DNA from: Nitrosopumilaceae archaeon
Lineage (GTDB): Archaea > Thermoproteota > Nitrososphaeria > Nitrososphaerales > Nitrosopumilaceae
Assembly: GCA_965214835.1 (NCBI GenBank)
Contig: CBDCCK010000002.1
Coordinates: forward strand, 2,752,001 to 2,816,000
DNA length: 64,000 nucleotides
Direction of reading: 5' to 3'
Part shown: positions 9,350-20,814 of the stretch, piece by piece
How positions within the stretch are numbered: position 1 is the first letter of the stretch
Layout: each line of letters starts with the position of its first letter
Made by a program: the position numbers and the translations under genes
Notes under the pieces: generated by a model
Seen by the model: the letters and a program-made list of their open reading frames with translations, nothing else
The model's database searches: none
What the model was told of the DNA's origin: nothing

Positions 9350-9646
9350 AAACCCGGTGTGACGGGTCGCAGATCTGCAAGCCTGTCGGCGGATTTACAC
9401 AGGAATTATGGACTACACCAAGTCAGAATTTAGGCTCGAGATCCACTCGCACCTGGACTGTTTTGGCTGCCCCAGCCCAAGATCCCCGCGACATTTTTTT
9501 AAAAACTGCCCAAGGTTTGGCACGTGCTTAAATAATTCGTTACAAGGGATTTATAAAACATGAAGATCTAACTAGTGCAGGTAACACGGAGCGTGTTACT
9601 AGAGGGCGTGTTGAATGGGGGGTACCTTGTTGCATGCTCTTGACCC

Positions 9647-10363
9647 TTATCTTGGAAACACCTCATAACCGTGCCCCATTGCATTTCCATGACCGTCAGT
9701 TCGAAACTTCCCATAAATCAGATTCCAGTACTTTTCAAATTCATCTGGCGTTGAATGGTGACGAAACGACCCATATGCGACTGCGTCTGCAACCTGAACT
9801 CCTTCAACTGCGGATGAATCGACAAAAACAGGGGGCTCTGTCTGCGCTTTTCTTTGGTAATCTGGCCCCTTTTCTCTCATCTCTCTGATTATGTCGGCAA
9901 TATCCCTGTGAAACCTGCTTGAGCTCCTGTCAATTTTTATGATTCCGTGATTGTTTTCGCCCGATCTTTCTTCTAGAAACTTGTCGAATCTTTTGACTAG
10001 CGACACCCATGCAGTGTTGAATACCTTCCAGCCCGGATATCGACGTCTTAGTGATTCCTTGTCAATTACCACGGAAACTGCGGTGATGTCCAAGCTTGAT
10101 ATGTTACGGTATAATTCGTCTGACATCTCTTGCTGTTTTGAAAAACTCAAACTGGCAAAATCTCCCTTGGCCTTGAAGATGTCGTGCGCATGAATCTCCG
10201 CATCGACATACTGCCCGGTAAAATGCTTTAGTTTGTACTCGTACGTGGATCTTTTGAGATCGTTGATTTTGTCCTCCTCTACAATCACTCCCGACAAAAC
10301 GAAGAAATTTGTGTTATCATTATAGCTCACAGAGCCAGATTCGTCTACATACATAACTGGCAT
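9647..10363 (-). CDS. DUF3800 family protein (RNase H-like)
   Basis: MYVDESG N-terminal motif, EIHA, VDS...VQVADAVA (QxxD) C-terminal motif. Confidence 0.85.
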   Translation of the reverse strand: MPVMYVDESGSVSYNDNTNFFVLSGVIVEEDKINDLKRSTYEYKLKHFTGQYVDAEIHAHDIFKAKGDFASLSFSKQQEMSDELYRNISSLDITAVSVVIDKESLRRRYPGWKVFNTAWVSLVKRFDKFLEERSGENNHGIIKIDRSSSRFHRDIADIIREMREKGPDYQRKAQTEPPVFVDSSAVEGVQVADAVAYGSFRHHSTPDEFEKYWNLIYGKFRTDGHGNAMGHGYEVFPR

Positions 10364-10417
10364 ACAATTATTGCCTTTGTGTTTCTGCTATTAATGTCAA
10401 GCTATTTTGTTTTGATG

Positions 10418-10534
10418 GTCTTCCCAAAAATTCCACGTCAAACGGTTCCAAACTCGAAACAATTCAGGTTGGACTGCCTGCATATCCGCATGCTGCCGTC
10501 TGCACCGCCACGAGCCGGATACGTTTGGGAAGAC
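10418..10534. mobile_element. MITE family B copy
   Basis: GTCTTCCCA...TGGGAAGAC inverted ends; interior similar to 51582-51826. Confidence 0.65.
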
Positions 10535-10839
10535 TGTTTGAAAAAATGAGCAATTCATAAAAACTGTGGTTGCGATTAAGAGTTCCTCATCACGTGTGGG
10601 CATGAATCATACAGAAAGGTGCTTGCTGTTGTTAAAAAGCTTTGAATCGGTACTTGGGGAGCAGGAGTTTTCGCCCAACTGGCATGATTGCCAACAACAA
10701 GCTCGTCAGTTGATGGATGATAATATGATCGCAGTTGGTCACATGCCTTGAACAGATTTTATAGTTTTAGGCATGGGCTGCGTGTTTTTGGATCATCTGG
10801 ACAGACTCCCCAGCACGATGTGACCAGCCGCATACCCGT

Positions 10840-11598
10840 CTATTTGGATCTCCTCACGTCAAGAACCGCGTCCACCGCGGGCCGGTTCTGGCCGTCGACT
10901 TCGATCCTGAGTCGCTTCTGTCCCTCAGAGCGCGGCACGAACGTCATCCCCATGGTGCCGTCAGAATCGGTCGTAACCGAGGCCTGGAGCATGTCGTCAA
11001 CATATGCGCGTGCAAGCCTGTTGCGGATGGGAACCCCGTGTATGTCGTATAGGGTCACCGTGATACTCTTTGGAACCCCGAGCTCGGTCACGGATACGAT
11101 GTGTGTACCCTCCCGGCGGGGCAGTGGTCCGGCCTCATATGGATCTGCAAATCCTGCCAGCCTGCTCTCCTTCTTGCCGCCTGCAGTCTTGCCCTTTCTG
11201 CCGCCTGCCGGGCCCCGTCGGGCCGGCCGGGTAGATTTGAGTGACGTATGATATATCATGAACCGTATGATCATTGCCACCAGCACGTCCATCGGCACGA
11301 GTTTGGGCCTGCCAAGCCCCAGTATCAGGCCTGCGGGGACCGGCAGCAGCGCCAGCACCACATCCCACGTGACGTCCACTCCGGCGTTTACCGCATCAAT
11401 TGAGAGTATGGGATCCGGCATCGCCTGGAGGATGTGAGATGACGCCCCCGAGTATATCACCATGGGCAGGATGACTGACAGGCCCATCAGAAAACCTATC
11501 TGCCGGAACGACACCTTGCCTGCCATCGGAAGCGAGATGACGGGCTCGTTTATCGTGCCGTCCCCCTCAAAGACCGTAAGTACCGTATAGCTGGACAA
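10840..11598 (-). CDS. PrgI/VirB3-like membrane protein with C-terminal Ig-like domain
   Basis: VSFRQIGFL followed by two TM segments; TTDSDG Ig-like tail; T4SS context. Confidence 0.55.
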   Translation of the reverse strand: MSSYTVLTVFEGDGTINEPVISLPMAGKVSFRQIGFLMGLSVILPMVIYSGASSHILQAMPDPILSIDAVNAGVDVTWDVVLALLPVPAGLILGLGRPKLVPMDVLVAMIIRFMIYHTSLKSTRPARRGPAGGRKGKTAGGKKESRLAGFADPYEAGPLPRREGTHIVSVTELGVPKSITVTLYDIHGVPIRNRLARAYVDDMLQASVTTDSDGTMGMTFVPRSEGQKRLRIEVDGQNRPAVDAVLDVRRSK

Positions 11599-11632
11599 CT
11601 CACCGTGAATAAAAAAAATGAATAAAAGGAGG

Positions 11633-12106
11633 TCACTGGACGCGGACAGTCGACAGCTCGCTCAGCATGCTGCCACCCGTGGTATTGCCGCGCACCACGA
11701 TGGACAGATCCTGCCCGTAGGTCAGCGCAATGTCGTCGCCGTCAGAGTCCACAATCTTCTCGTACCCGGAGGCAGTCACCCCGGGCTCCAGCGGGGAGGG
11801 GTTTACATCCATCACGAACGGCTGTATGCCCGTCGTGTTGGTATCGGTATCGACCAGGACGTCGACTGAGACGGAGTCAATCGCGCTGGTCCCCACGTTC
11901 CGTATGCTGGCAGACAGGTACGCCTCCTCGCCGACCTTCTGCACGAATACCTTGCGCAGCGAGATCGAGTCCGCAGTAGTCTGTATCTCGAATATGTCGC
12001 TTGCAAAGGCAAACAGTATCCCGGCAAAGATGATGACGATGCCGATTATCATTGCCACCTGCATCAGGCCGCTTATTCCGCGCCTCTTCTTTGATGATGT
12101 GATCAT
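11633..12106 (-). CDS. Archaeal type IV pilin
   Basis: KKRRG/ISGLMQVAMIIGIVII class III signal peptide, SIRNVGTSAI motif. Confidence 0.85.
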   Translation of the reverse strand: MITSSKKRRGISGLMQVAMIIGIVIIFAGILFAFASDIFEIQTTADSISLRKVFVQKVGEEAYLSASIRNVGTSAIDSVSVDVLVDTDTNTTGIQPFVMDVNPSPLEPGVTASGYEKIVDSDGDDIALTYGQDLSIVVRGNTTGGSMLSELSTVRVQ

Positions 12107-12170
12107 TACAGTACAAGGTCCGGCCGCATAAAAGGCCGGTTGCCCCTGTCCGTTTTATGCGCCGGTACCA

Positions 12171-14045
12171 TTGTGTTACATGCTGGGATACAGGGGGGCG
12201 ATAATCATTCCGGTCTCCGCCATGATCCTGGCATCGCTGATTCTCAACCGGCCGTATGTCTTTGCCGTACTTGCCGGGATCCTGCTGCCTGTACTGCTGT
12301 GGGGTATGATACGCCGGACAAGGCTTGTGCGCATGCCGGCAGAGCCCGTCAGGTTCCGCATACGCGCCAGGGATCTAAGGCCGGACGTGCTGGCATCCGT
12401 ATTCCGTCCAGTCCTTGACTGGACGCCTGTGCAGAGGGCCCGAAACAAGATAGAGAAAGACCTGAGGCCCCACATTCTGAGATCCGGCTCTGCCCAGAAC
12501 CCGCGCATACTGGGAGGCAGGAGCGTCCTGTACCCGATTGCCGCCGCAGTCGTGACCGTACCCGCAGGGATCATCCTTGCGGTATCCCTCGATCCGGCGT
12601 TTCTTGCCATATCCCTTGCATCGCCCCTCCTGGCAGGCGTGTACTTTGTGACACTCCGCATAAGAACCGCGGAGAGGAGCTCCGATACCACCGAGGAGCT
12701 TGCAAGCTTTGCCGTCCTTGCAGGAATCATGGAGTCGGTAAACGTTCCGATGTTCTCGACCCTGCTGATTCTGGCAGAATCCCCCTCTGCCGTCTTTGCA
12801 GTAATGAGGAGGGAGGGGCGCAGGATAAGGAACCTCATGGTGCTGGGAAGGAGCCCGACAGAGGCGCTGCTGGAACTATCGGACTCGCACCCGAACACGG
12901 AGTTTCGCGACTTTGTGACGGGGTACGTCTCGGCGTTCAACACGGGCGGGTCGGACACGGCGGGATACCTGCACGAGCAGGCAAACAGGTTCTTCCGCCA
13001 GGTCCAGTTCCGCATGGTATCGTACGCAAGGCAGGCAGACATCATCTCCCAGGTCGTCCTTACCGTGATGATGCTGCTGCCGATGATGGGGCTGTCGATG
13101 ACGTTCTTCTCGTCGGGGCACCTGGCAGGGACGATGACGCTTCTGATGATTGCCGTCTTTCCGTTTGCCACCGCGGTGATGGTGGCGTTCGTGCACGCCA
13201 AACAGCCAAGGGGCAGGGACCGCATCAGGGTCTCGTGGATGATATTTCCGGTAGGTGTCTGCTGCGCGGTTATAGTGTATCTTGCCGGGATGCAGGCCTG
13301 GGAGGCGGCAGGCGCGGGTGTCGTGGCATCCTCGCTGCTCAACCATATATTGACAAGGAGGAGGTTTGCAGAGATCTGGGGTATCGACAGGGCGCTGCCC
13401 GAGTTCATGCGGCGCCTCACCAGGCTCAGAAACGTGGGCTTTGATATCATACATGCAATCAGGACCATCCGCGCCGAGGCCGCCGCGCGCGAAAAAGGTG
13501 GAGAGGCGTTTTACGCGATGCTGGACGGCATATGCAGGAGGGTCTCGGTGGGAGGCTCCCTTGAGGATGCGGTGGGCAGGGCGGATATCTCATCATGGAA
13601 CGCGCGACTGGTCTTTTTCATCCTTGGCAGGATCAACGAGTCAGGCGGCGGCACGGCCAAGACCACAAGCGACCTTGCGTACTGGATAGCGCAGTACCAC
13701 GAGGCGCGCAGGGAGATGATCTCGTCGCTGCGCTCATCGCTTGTCACGGCCCTCGTGGGTCCCGTACTGATGGTCATGATGATGGCAGTATCTGACAGGC
13801 TGGCAGCCACCCTGGGGGAGGGCCTTCTCCCGGACGCTGGCGGGCTTCCGGTGAATATCGTAGTGTCCGCAGACCCCTCCGGGTTATCAGAGCTGCTCAT
13901 AGTCACGGCAGTCGCATGCATGGGGGTTATACTATCCAAGATCAACTACTTTACGATACGGCACTCGCTGTTTACCGGGATGATCACGGGTGCGACCATG
14001 GCGATGATGTACGCGGTGCCGTACCTTCCCGACCTTGGGTTCTAG
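12171..14045 (+). CDS. TadC/FlaJ-like (T2SSF) pilus assembly membrane platform
   Basis: Two T2SSF-like repeats (LGRSPTEALLEL; IDRALPEFMR..ESGGG) with TM clusters; start uncertain. Confidence 0.85.
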   Translation: MCYMLGYRGAIIIPVSAMILASLILNRPYVFAVLAGILLPVLLWGMIRRTRLVRMPAEPVRFRIRARDLRPDVLASVFRPVLDWTPVQRARNKIEKDLRPHILRSGSAQNPRILGGRSVLYPIAAAVVTVPAGIILAVSLDPAFLAISLASPLLAGVYFVTLRIRTAERSSDTTEELASFAVLAGIMESVNVPMFSTLLILAESPSAVFAVMRREGRRIRNLMVLGRSPTEALLELSDSHPNTEFRDFVTGYVSAFNTGGSDTAGYLHEQANRFFRQVQFRMVSYARQADIISQVVLTVMMLLPMMGLSMTFFSSGHLAGTMTLLMIAVFPFATAVMVAFVHAKQPRGRDRIRVSWMIFPVGVCCAVIVYLAGMQAWEAAGAGVVASSLLNHILTRRRFAEIWGIDRALPEFMRRLTRLRNVGFDIIHAIRTIRAEAAAREKGGEAFYAMLDGICRRVSVGGSLEDAVGRADISSWNARLVFFILGRINESGGGTAKTTSDLAYWIAQYHEARREMISSLRSSLVTALVGPVLMVMMMAVSDRLAATLGEGLLPDAGGLPVNIVVSADPSGLSELLIVTAVACMGVILSKINYFTIRHSLFTGMITGATMAMMYAVPYLPDLGF

Positions 14046-14288
14046 GGGAGGGCCGCACGGGGGTTCCCCGGGATCTTCTGCGTGCCGGCAGGGCACGAGG
14101 CTCCAAGGCGTGATCTCTATTGGCCTGCCGCATGACTCCGACCAGAGTCCGGTTGATCCTCCCGGGCAATGACCGGCGGGCGGCTCTGACCACACGGCAG
14201 GCATCTACGCAACCTGTTTGGTGGTTTTTGGAAAATTCCAAATTTCAGGCGGGGTTGTGTAGCAACCTGCAACAATAGCCAGTTTTTT

Positions 14289-15008
14289 ATGTCCCTCTTT
14301 TTTGTCAAGTGTTGTTTAGCAATGCCACACGTTTCGGTTTATGTTGACGAGTCAGGGGATGCAGGATTTGATGACAAGACTTCGGAATTTTTTACTGTAG
14401 GCTACGCATTTGCGGTGGACGGATCAGCGGCAAAGGAGAACAAGACAGTAAAGCGTGCCTTGAAAAACATCAACGCCGGGAGCAAAATGAAAATTTCCGA
14501 GTTCAAGTTTTCGGCAAACACTGACGTGGTCAGAAGGAGGTTCCTAAAAACCGTCAACGGACTGGATGCTGATCTGGGGGTTTTCTGCGTCAGCAAGGAC
14601 TCGGTGAAACCAGACCTCAAAAAAGGCCCCTATGCGTTTTATGAACATGCCGTAGTAGACACAATAGCTGCCCATTTGGTTGAGGATTATATCCGGGCAC
14701 ATGATCATGACAATTCGGTTAGCCTTACCATCGACAGAAGCTTGGCAGAGAATGCAAGGCATTCATTCGACGAATACTGCAGGAATAAAATTCATGATAA
14801 GATGAGGCAAAAAAAATTGAAGGCAGATCTTGCTCTAGGCATTTACCATGAGGATTCAAAAAGCGTGCCCATGCTTCAGGTTGTGGATTATATTGCAAGC
14901 GCGACCCAGGGATTCATTGTTCATGGTGATGCGGCGTTTTACAACGCGTACAGTGGCAAGTTGAAATATCGTGAAAAATGGGATTGGAATGACAAGATAA
15001 AATGGTGA
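14289..15008 (+). CDS. DUF3800 family protein
   Basis: VYVDESGDAG, EFKFS, EDSKSVPMLQVVDYIA. Confidence 0.85.
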   Translation: MSLFFVKCCLAMPHVSVYVDESGDAGFDDKTSEFFTVGYAFAVDGSAAKENKTVKRALKNINAGSKMKISEFKFSANTDVVRRRFLKTVNGLDADLGVFCVSKDSVKPDLKKGPYAFYEHAVVDTIAAHLVEDYIRAHDHDNSVSLTIDRSLAENARHSFDEYCRNKIHDKMRQKKLKADLALGIYHEDSKSVPMLQVVDYIASATQGFIVHGDAAFYNAYSGKLKYREKWDWNDKIKW

Positions 15009-15220
15009 CTCTCGACCTACTTCTCCCTATCTGTCCAAACAGCCGTCATTGGTTCGATCAAGATCCTATTGATTGCTCAATAGACTTTACCCACCTGCTT
15101 GGTATTCTCATGTCTGATATTAAAAGTATAAGCATGGGCAGTCTTGCACAGCCCCGATTTCAGGCACAAAAGACCAGCTGCTTTTACGCGCTCAGGCACG
15201 GTTGTGCAACAGGCTAGGTT

Positions 15221-15338
15221 GTAACAAGTTAGCCCCTGCCTAGGCAGCAATCAGGCGCGAATCTACCTGCAGTTGTGATTTTCATGCCTGTCCTGCAAGG
15301 GACGCAACTCCAACTCTAGGCAGGGGCTAACCTGTTAC
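15221..15338. mobile_element. MITE with 23-bp TIRs enclosing a family A core in reverse orientation
   Basis: GTAACAAGTTAGCCCCTGCCTAG / CTAGGCAGGGGCTAACCTGTTAC; interior resembles the reverse complement of the 26309-26401 interior. Confidence 0.7.
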
Positions 15339-16918
15339 TAATCGACCGGATCGAAATATTCCGACGGTGGCCGGCCACACATGCAAGGCTGACGGCATCA
15401 CATGACGTGTACAGGGGCGGCAGAGTCCGTATATCGTGCAGCTACGGACCATTCCAGCTAGTAAAAACTACAATGTCGTGCGGCATCGTGTGGCGCCGCA
15501 ATGCGCTCCGTATCGTGGTATCAGAACCCATGCATGAGCTTCTTGTTCCGCCTGTCCCACAGCAGCCTAAAGTTGGCAAGCCCGGCCGTCACCTGGAACT
15601 CCCTGTCGAACTCCTCGGGCAGTCCCGTCGTACGGATCACGCATCCGCTTGTACTACTTTATCCGTCCTATGGCGTGCTCTACGGTCACCCTCTTGCTGC
15701 TTATCCTCCTGTTCTGCGCTTTCTGTTTCTTTGTAAGCTTGCCTTTCCTTGGCTTCTTGTTGGGCTGCACGGATATGACCCCGGGATGCACCTCCTTGAT
15801 TCCCACGTATCCCAGATCCGAGAACATCTTTACCTTCTCGTCCTCGTGGTGCTTTCTGTTGCTGCGCATCCTAGCAGTCAGGATTCCCAGATCCGGTGGG
15901 TTGTTCTTTATCATGGTGAGGTCGTGCGCGCTTCCGGGCGCCGACTTGCATACATCGCCAGTCCCTTCTTGCCGGCAATTACCCATGGGTGTTGCGCGTA
16001 AAGCTCTTCTTCTTGCCCGAGTACGCCCCCCTTTCTTGGCTCCTTGTCTGTGGGACGCTGTATGTCGATGTGCGTGCCGTCTACAATCACGGTCAGATCC
16101 GGGACGATCTCCCTGAGCCCCTCGATCGTGCGGGCGTTTCGTATCTTCTGAGATACGGCGTCCGGCGTGGGCAGTATCTTGAGAAATATCATGTCGCAAT
16201 ACCTGAGGTACCTGCATACCGTGCTCTGGTCTATGCCAAAGAACGCCGCAAGCTGCTCCTGTGTCGGGTTTCCGTACTTGCGCATCAGCGACATCAGCAG
16301 GGCGTGGCGGTAGGACAGCTTGCACCGGTTTCCGGGCCCGTCGTCCTCGTCCTCTGAGAACAGGGGTGCCCTCCGCGTGCTTTTTGGCAAGCTTCGTAAA
16401 CCGGTCGGATGTATAGTCAAACCGGCAGCGGCTCATCGACGTGGTGGGCTGCAGGGACCCGCCGCCGATTATGTCCTCGAGCACCTCGAGCCTGTGCATG
16501 AGGGCGGCGTTGTCCGCGGTGCGCCTGTCGTCATCCCAGGTTGCGGGCCACATCCGGCGTTCGGCGTCCAGCTGCTGCTCCAGCTGCCCTATCCTCTCCT
16601 GATCCCGCTCGTGCCTCCTGCCGTCCTGCCTGCCCTTCTTCTCGTATTCTGATCTCCTTCCTGTCCTGCACCTTCTCCTTCTCGTACTACTCGATTCTCT
16701 TCCTCAGCCGTCGTATCAGCTCGGTCTCGGACTTTGCCATTACTCTTGTGCGAGAATGGATCCCGGATCTAAATCAATCGTCTGAAAACAATTGCAGGTT
16801 TGATCAAATATTTTCAACGTTGTGAGATGTCATCACGCGTGTACCGGCCCTGGCTAGCCCCATTTGTAGCCCGGGTGCCGGGGGCAACGCCGCTAATTTC
16901 GTTTACGCATAAGGTCTA
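15339..16918 (-). mobile_element. IS5-like (DDE_Tnp_4) element IS-A, degenerate copy 1
   Basis: Frameshifted transposase (IVDGTHI, SDLGY, RVTVEHAIGRIK); TIR TTACGCATAAGGTCTA at right; left TIR truncated by the MITE. Confidence 0.85.
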
Positions 16919-17080
16919 TTGTATGCACTCTACTCAAAATCATATGTTCAAGATCTGTTCCATATTTGATTATCAATGCTTGCGTTCTGCTTAAAATGGA
17001 TGCAAGTTGTTGATTGCCAAAACATCGAAAGTTTGCCTCACCCTGACACTTCTTCTTTTGTATCTGATAGTTTGACCAAT

Positions 17081-17260
17081 TTAACCTCTAATATCACAGC
17101 CAAGAAAGTTACGATTAACAGCGTTGCATGAATCTAAAACTGAAAATGATCCTGCTGCGGGATCAACAACCAAGTCATTTTCACAGGTTACTGCTTCGAT
17201 AAGTCGTGATTGTAAATCTATTGGTTTCGTATGAGGAAGAATCCGTGATATTGGTCTTTG
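17081..17260 (-). pseudogene. DNA methyltransferase (N4/N6, beta class) C-terminal remnant
   Basis: PHTKPIDL..LVVDPAAGS..RNFLGCDI. Confidence 0.75.
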
Positions 17261-17376
17261 AGCGGGGGCTGGCAGGCCGCGGCATGAGGCCAGAGACAAG
17301 CAGGATTCTTGCTGTGGGCCTAATCTTTAACAAGACGATATGGTATTATAATGGCAAGGAATGTGTGTGAACAAGT

Positions 17377-18960
17377 ATGAAGAATCAGATTTTGGTAGAA
17401 GTTAAAGAATCACTTGAGAGAATGGAAGAAACAGGGAGGGTGGATCTTTCCATATTGGACAATCTTACGGCATTACGTACTTTTCTAAATACAATTAAGA
17501 TTAAATGGCTAGACATGGAAAATTCTGATGGATTCTATTTCTATCAGGCTGTCCGTAACGTAGAACTATAGCAACGAGCATAAGTCTTTGAGCCAAAACA
17601 AGGTCATTCGAAAGGTATAATGATCACGTAACTGGTGCAGTATGTATGACAAAAGAAACAGACATCCTGTCAGAGGCCATGCGCAAAGAAAAGGATGCCA
17701 AAGTCTACAAGAAGATCATGGCGCTGATGTTTGTGCTAGAAGACGACATGGGCGTACCCGAGACTGCAAGAAAGATCCGGTGCAGTGAGAATTCCGTGCG
17801 CAACTGGCTGGCGAGGTTTTCGGAGGGCGGCATAGACGGTCTCCGGGATCTTCCCCGTTCCGGATGCAGATCAAAGGTGGACAGAGAAAGTATTGCAGCC
17901 ATAATGGATCTGTCCACTGCATGCAAAAGTACCGATGTCATGACGGTACGCGATGACATAAGGAATGCCACCGGGATAGAATACAGCATAGAGCATGTCC
18001 GAAGACTGATGTGCCAGCACGGCCTGTCGCGCCGCAAGGTGCAAAACATACATGTCAACCATGCCACCCCAAGCTCGGTATACTCGTGGCAGCGATACCT
18101 TGAAAACGTGCGGATTCCGTGCCTGAAAAACGACGGTTTTACGCTGGTGTCATCTGATGAGGCGTTCTTCGTGCAGGGCGCATACGACAGATACGTGTGG
18201 GGTCCGGTCGGCACCAGAAGCGTGGCATCGTATTCGGGGGACCACACAAAGGTGGCCGTGTTTGGAAGCATCGCAGAAGACGGCAGAAGGCTATTCAGGA
18301 CGTTTACGGGATCGTTTACGTCGGTGCAGTTCATAGAATGTCTGGAGGCGCTGCGCATCAAGTTTGGCAAGGTTGCAGTCTTTTGCGATAGGTGGAGTGT
18401 GCACAGATCTACTGATGTCGCAGAATATCTGGTGGGCCATCCCGACGTCAGACTGATAATGATTCCGAAAGGATCGCCGTACCTCAATATCGTGGAAGAA
18501 TGCTGGAACCTGGGCAAACATTTTGTTTTCAGGGGGATAGTGTACAGAAGGATCAGCGAGCTGCGGCACACCATATCCGAATATTATAGGACGGTGTCAT
18601 TTGCCCACCTTTGCATGTACAAGTACATTTACAGATCGCCGGTCAAAGCCCTCAATTACTTGTGACCGTTGCTATAATATTAGGAAAAATGGAATCCCGT
18701 TTCAAAAATTCTCAAAAAGCTGATGATAATCCAAAAATTGCCGAAGATTCGATGTTGCTACTGCCAAACATAGACAGCATTCTAGAAGCAACCCAGGAAT
18801 TTACGATTAACAAAGAAGCCATTAATGACGTATTAAGCAAAACACATTCACTGAGAAACGAAGCTGCACGTGCCAATCTCATAGAACCATTAGAGATAAG
18901 CAGAGAGGCGCTTGACAAAGACAGTTTGAAGATGCAGTTTACAGCACTAGTGCAAAAACT
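17377..18960 (+). pseudogene. Hypothetical helical protein split by IS630 and truncated by IS-A
   Basis: Removing 17569-18676 rejoins the frame (...RNVEL-ILGKMESRF...); the 3' end runs into the IS-A TIR. Confidence 0.7.
17569..18674 (+). mobile_element. IS630-family element (transposase 17646-18665)
   Basis: HTH plus SSDEA, FCD, GSPYLNIVEECW; TAGCAACG/CGTTGCTA ends; TA duplication. Confidence 0.9.
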
Positions 18961-20679
18961 AGACCTTATGCGTAATCGACCGGATCGAAATATTCCGACG
19001 GTGGCCGGCCATACATGCAAGGCTGACGGCATCACATGACGTGTATGAGGGCGGCAGAGTCCGTATATAGTGCAGCTACGAGCCATTACAGCTGGTAAAA
19101 ACTACAGTATAGTGCGGCATCGTGTGGCGCCGCAATGCGCTCCGTATCGTGGTATCAGAACCCATGCATGAGCTTCTTGTTCCGCTTGTCCCACAGCAGC
19201 CTAAAGTTGGCAAGCCCGGCCGTCACCTGGAACTCCCTGTCGAACTCCTCGGGCAGTCCCGTCGTACGGATCACGCATCCGCTTGTACTGCTTTATCCGT
19301 CCTATGGCGTGCTCTACTGTCACCCTCTTGCTGCTTATCCTCCTGTTCTGCGCTTTCTGTTTCTTTGTAAGCTTGCCTTTCCTTGGCTTCTTGTCGGGCT
19401 GCACGGATATGACCCCGGGATACACCTCCTCGATTCCCATGTATCCCAGATCAGAGAACATCTTTACCTTCTCGTCCTCGGGGTGCTTTCTGTTGCTGCG
19501 CATCCTGGCAGTCAGGATTCCCAGATCCGGTGGGTTGTTCTTTATCATGGTGAGGTCGTGCGTGCTTCCGGGCGCCGACTTGCTTGCATACATCGCCAGT
19601 CCCTTCTTGTCGGCAATCACCCGGGGTGTTGCGCGTAAAGCTCTTCTTCTTGCCAGAGTATGCCTCCTTTCTTGGCTCCTTGTCTGTGGGGCGCTGTATG
19701 TCGATGTGCGTGCCGTCTACAATCACGGTCAGATCCGGGACGATCTTCTTGACTTCCTTGATCGTGCGGGCGTTTCGTATCTTTCGCGATACGGCGTCCG
19801 GCGTGGGCAGTATCTTGGTGAATATCATGTCGCAATACCTGAGGTACCTGCATACGGTGCTCTGGTCTATGCCAAAGAATGCCGCAAGCTGCTCCTGTGT
19901 CGGGTTTCCGTACTTGCGCATCAGCGACATCAGCAGGGCGTGGCGGTAGGACAGCTTGCACCGGTTTCCGGGCAAGTTGTCCTCGTCTTCTGAGAACAGG
20001 GGGCCTTCTGTGTGCTTTTTGGCAAGCTTCGTAAACCGGTCATATATGTAGTCAAACTGGCGGAGGTTCATCGACGTGGTGGGCTGCAGGGACCCGCCAC
20101 CGATTATGTCATCGAGCACCTCGAGCCTGTGCATGAGGGCGGCGTTGTCCGCGGAGCGCCTGTCGTCATCCCAGGTTGCGGGCCACATCCGGCGCTCGGC
20201 GTCCAGCTGCTGTTCCAGCTGCCCTATCCTCTCCTGATCCCGCTCCTGCCTCCTGCCGTCCTGCCTGCTCTTCTTCTCGTACTCTGATCTCCTTCCTGTA
20301 CTGCATCCTCTCCGTCCTGTCCCGCGCCTTCTCCTTCCTGTCCTGCCTGCTCTTCTTCTCGTGCCTCTTGATCCTCTTCTCATACTTCTTGATCTTCTTT
20401 TTGTCCCGCGCCTTCTCCTTCCTGTCCTGTACCTTCTCCTTCTCGTACTGCTCGATTCTCTTCTTCAGCAGTCGTATCTGCTCGGTCTCGGACTTTGCCA
20501 TTACTCTTATGCGAGAATGGATCCCGGATCTAAATCAATCGTCTGAAAATAGTTGTGGTTTTGATCAAATATTTTCAACGTTGTAAGGTACAGTCGCGCG
20601 TGCGCCGGCCCTGACTTGCCTCATTTGTAGCCCGTGCGCCGGGGGCATCGCCGCTAATTTCGTTTACGCATAAGGTCTA
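18960..20679 (-). mobile_element. IS5-like element IS-A, full-length frameshifted copy 2
   Basis: TAGACCTTATGCGTAA / TTACGCATAAGGTCTA ends; DDE_Tnp_4-type motifs. Confidence 0.9.
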
Positions 20680-20814
20680 TTCAACTACGAGTGCGCCATG
20701 CACATGAAAAAGAAGGGGTTGATCATCACCCTGACTACGGCGGGGGTGTTTTTATCATGTGTTCAACTACTGGAAAAATTCCAAAGCTTATATTCTGGAT
20801 GGCGTCGACATGTC

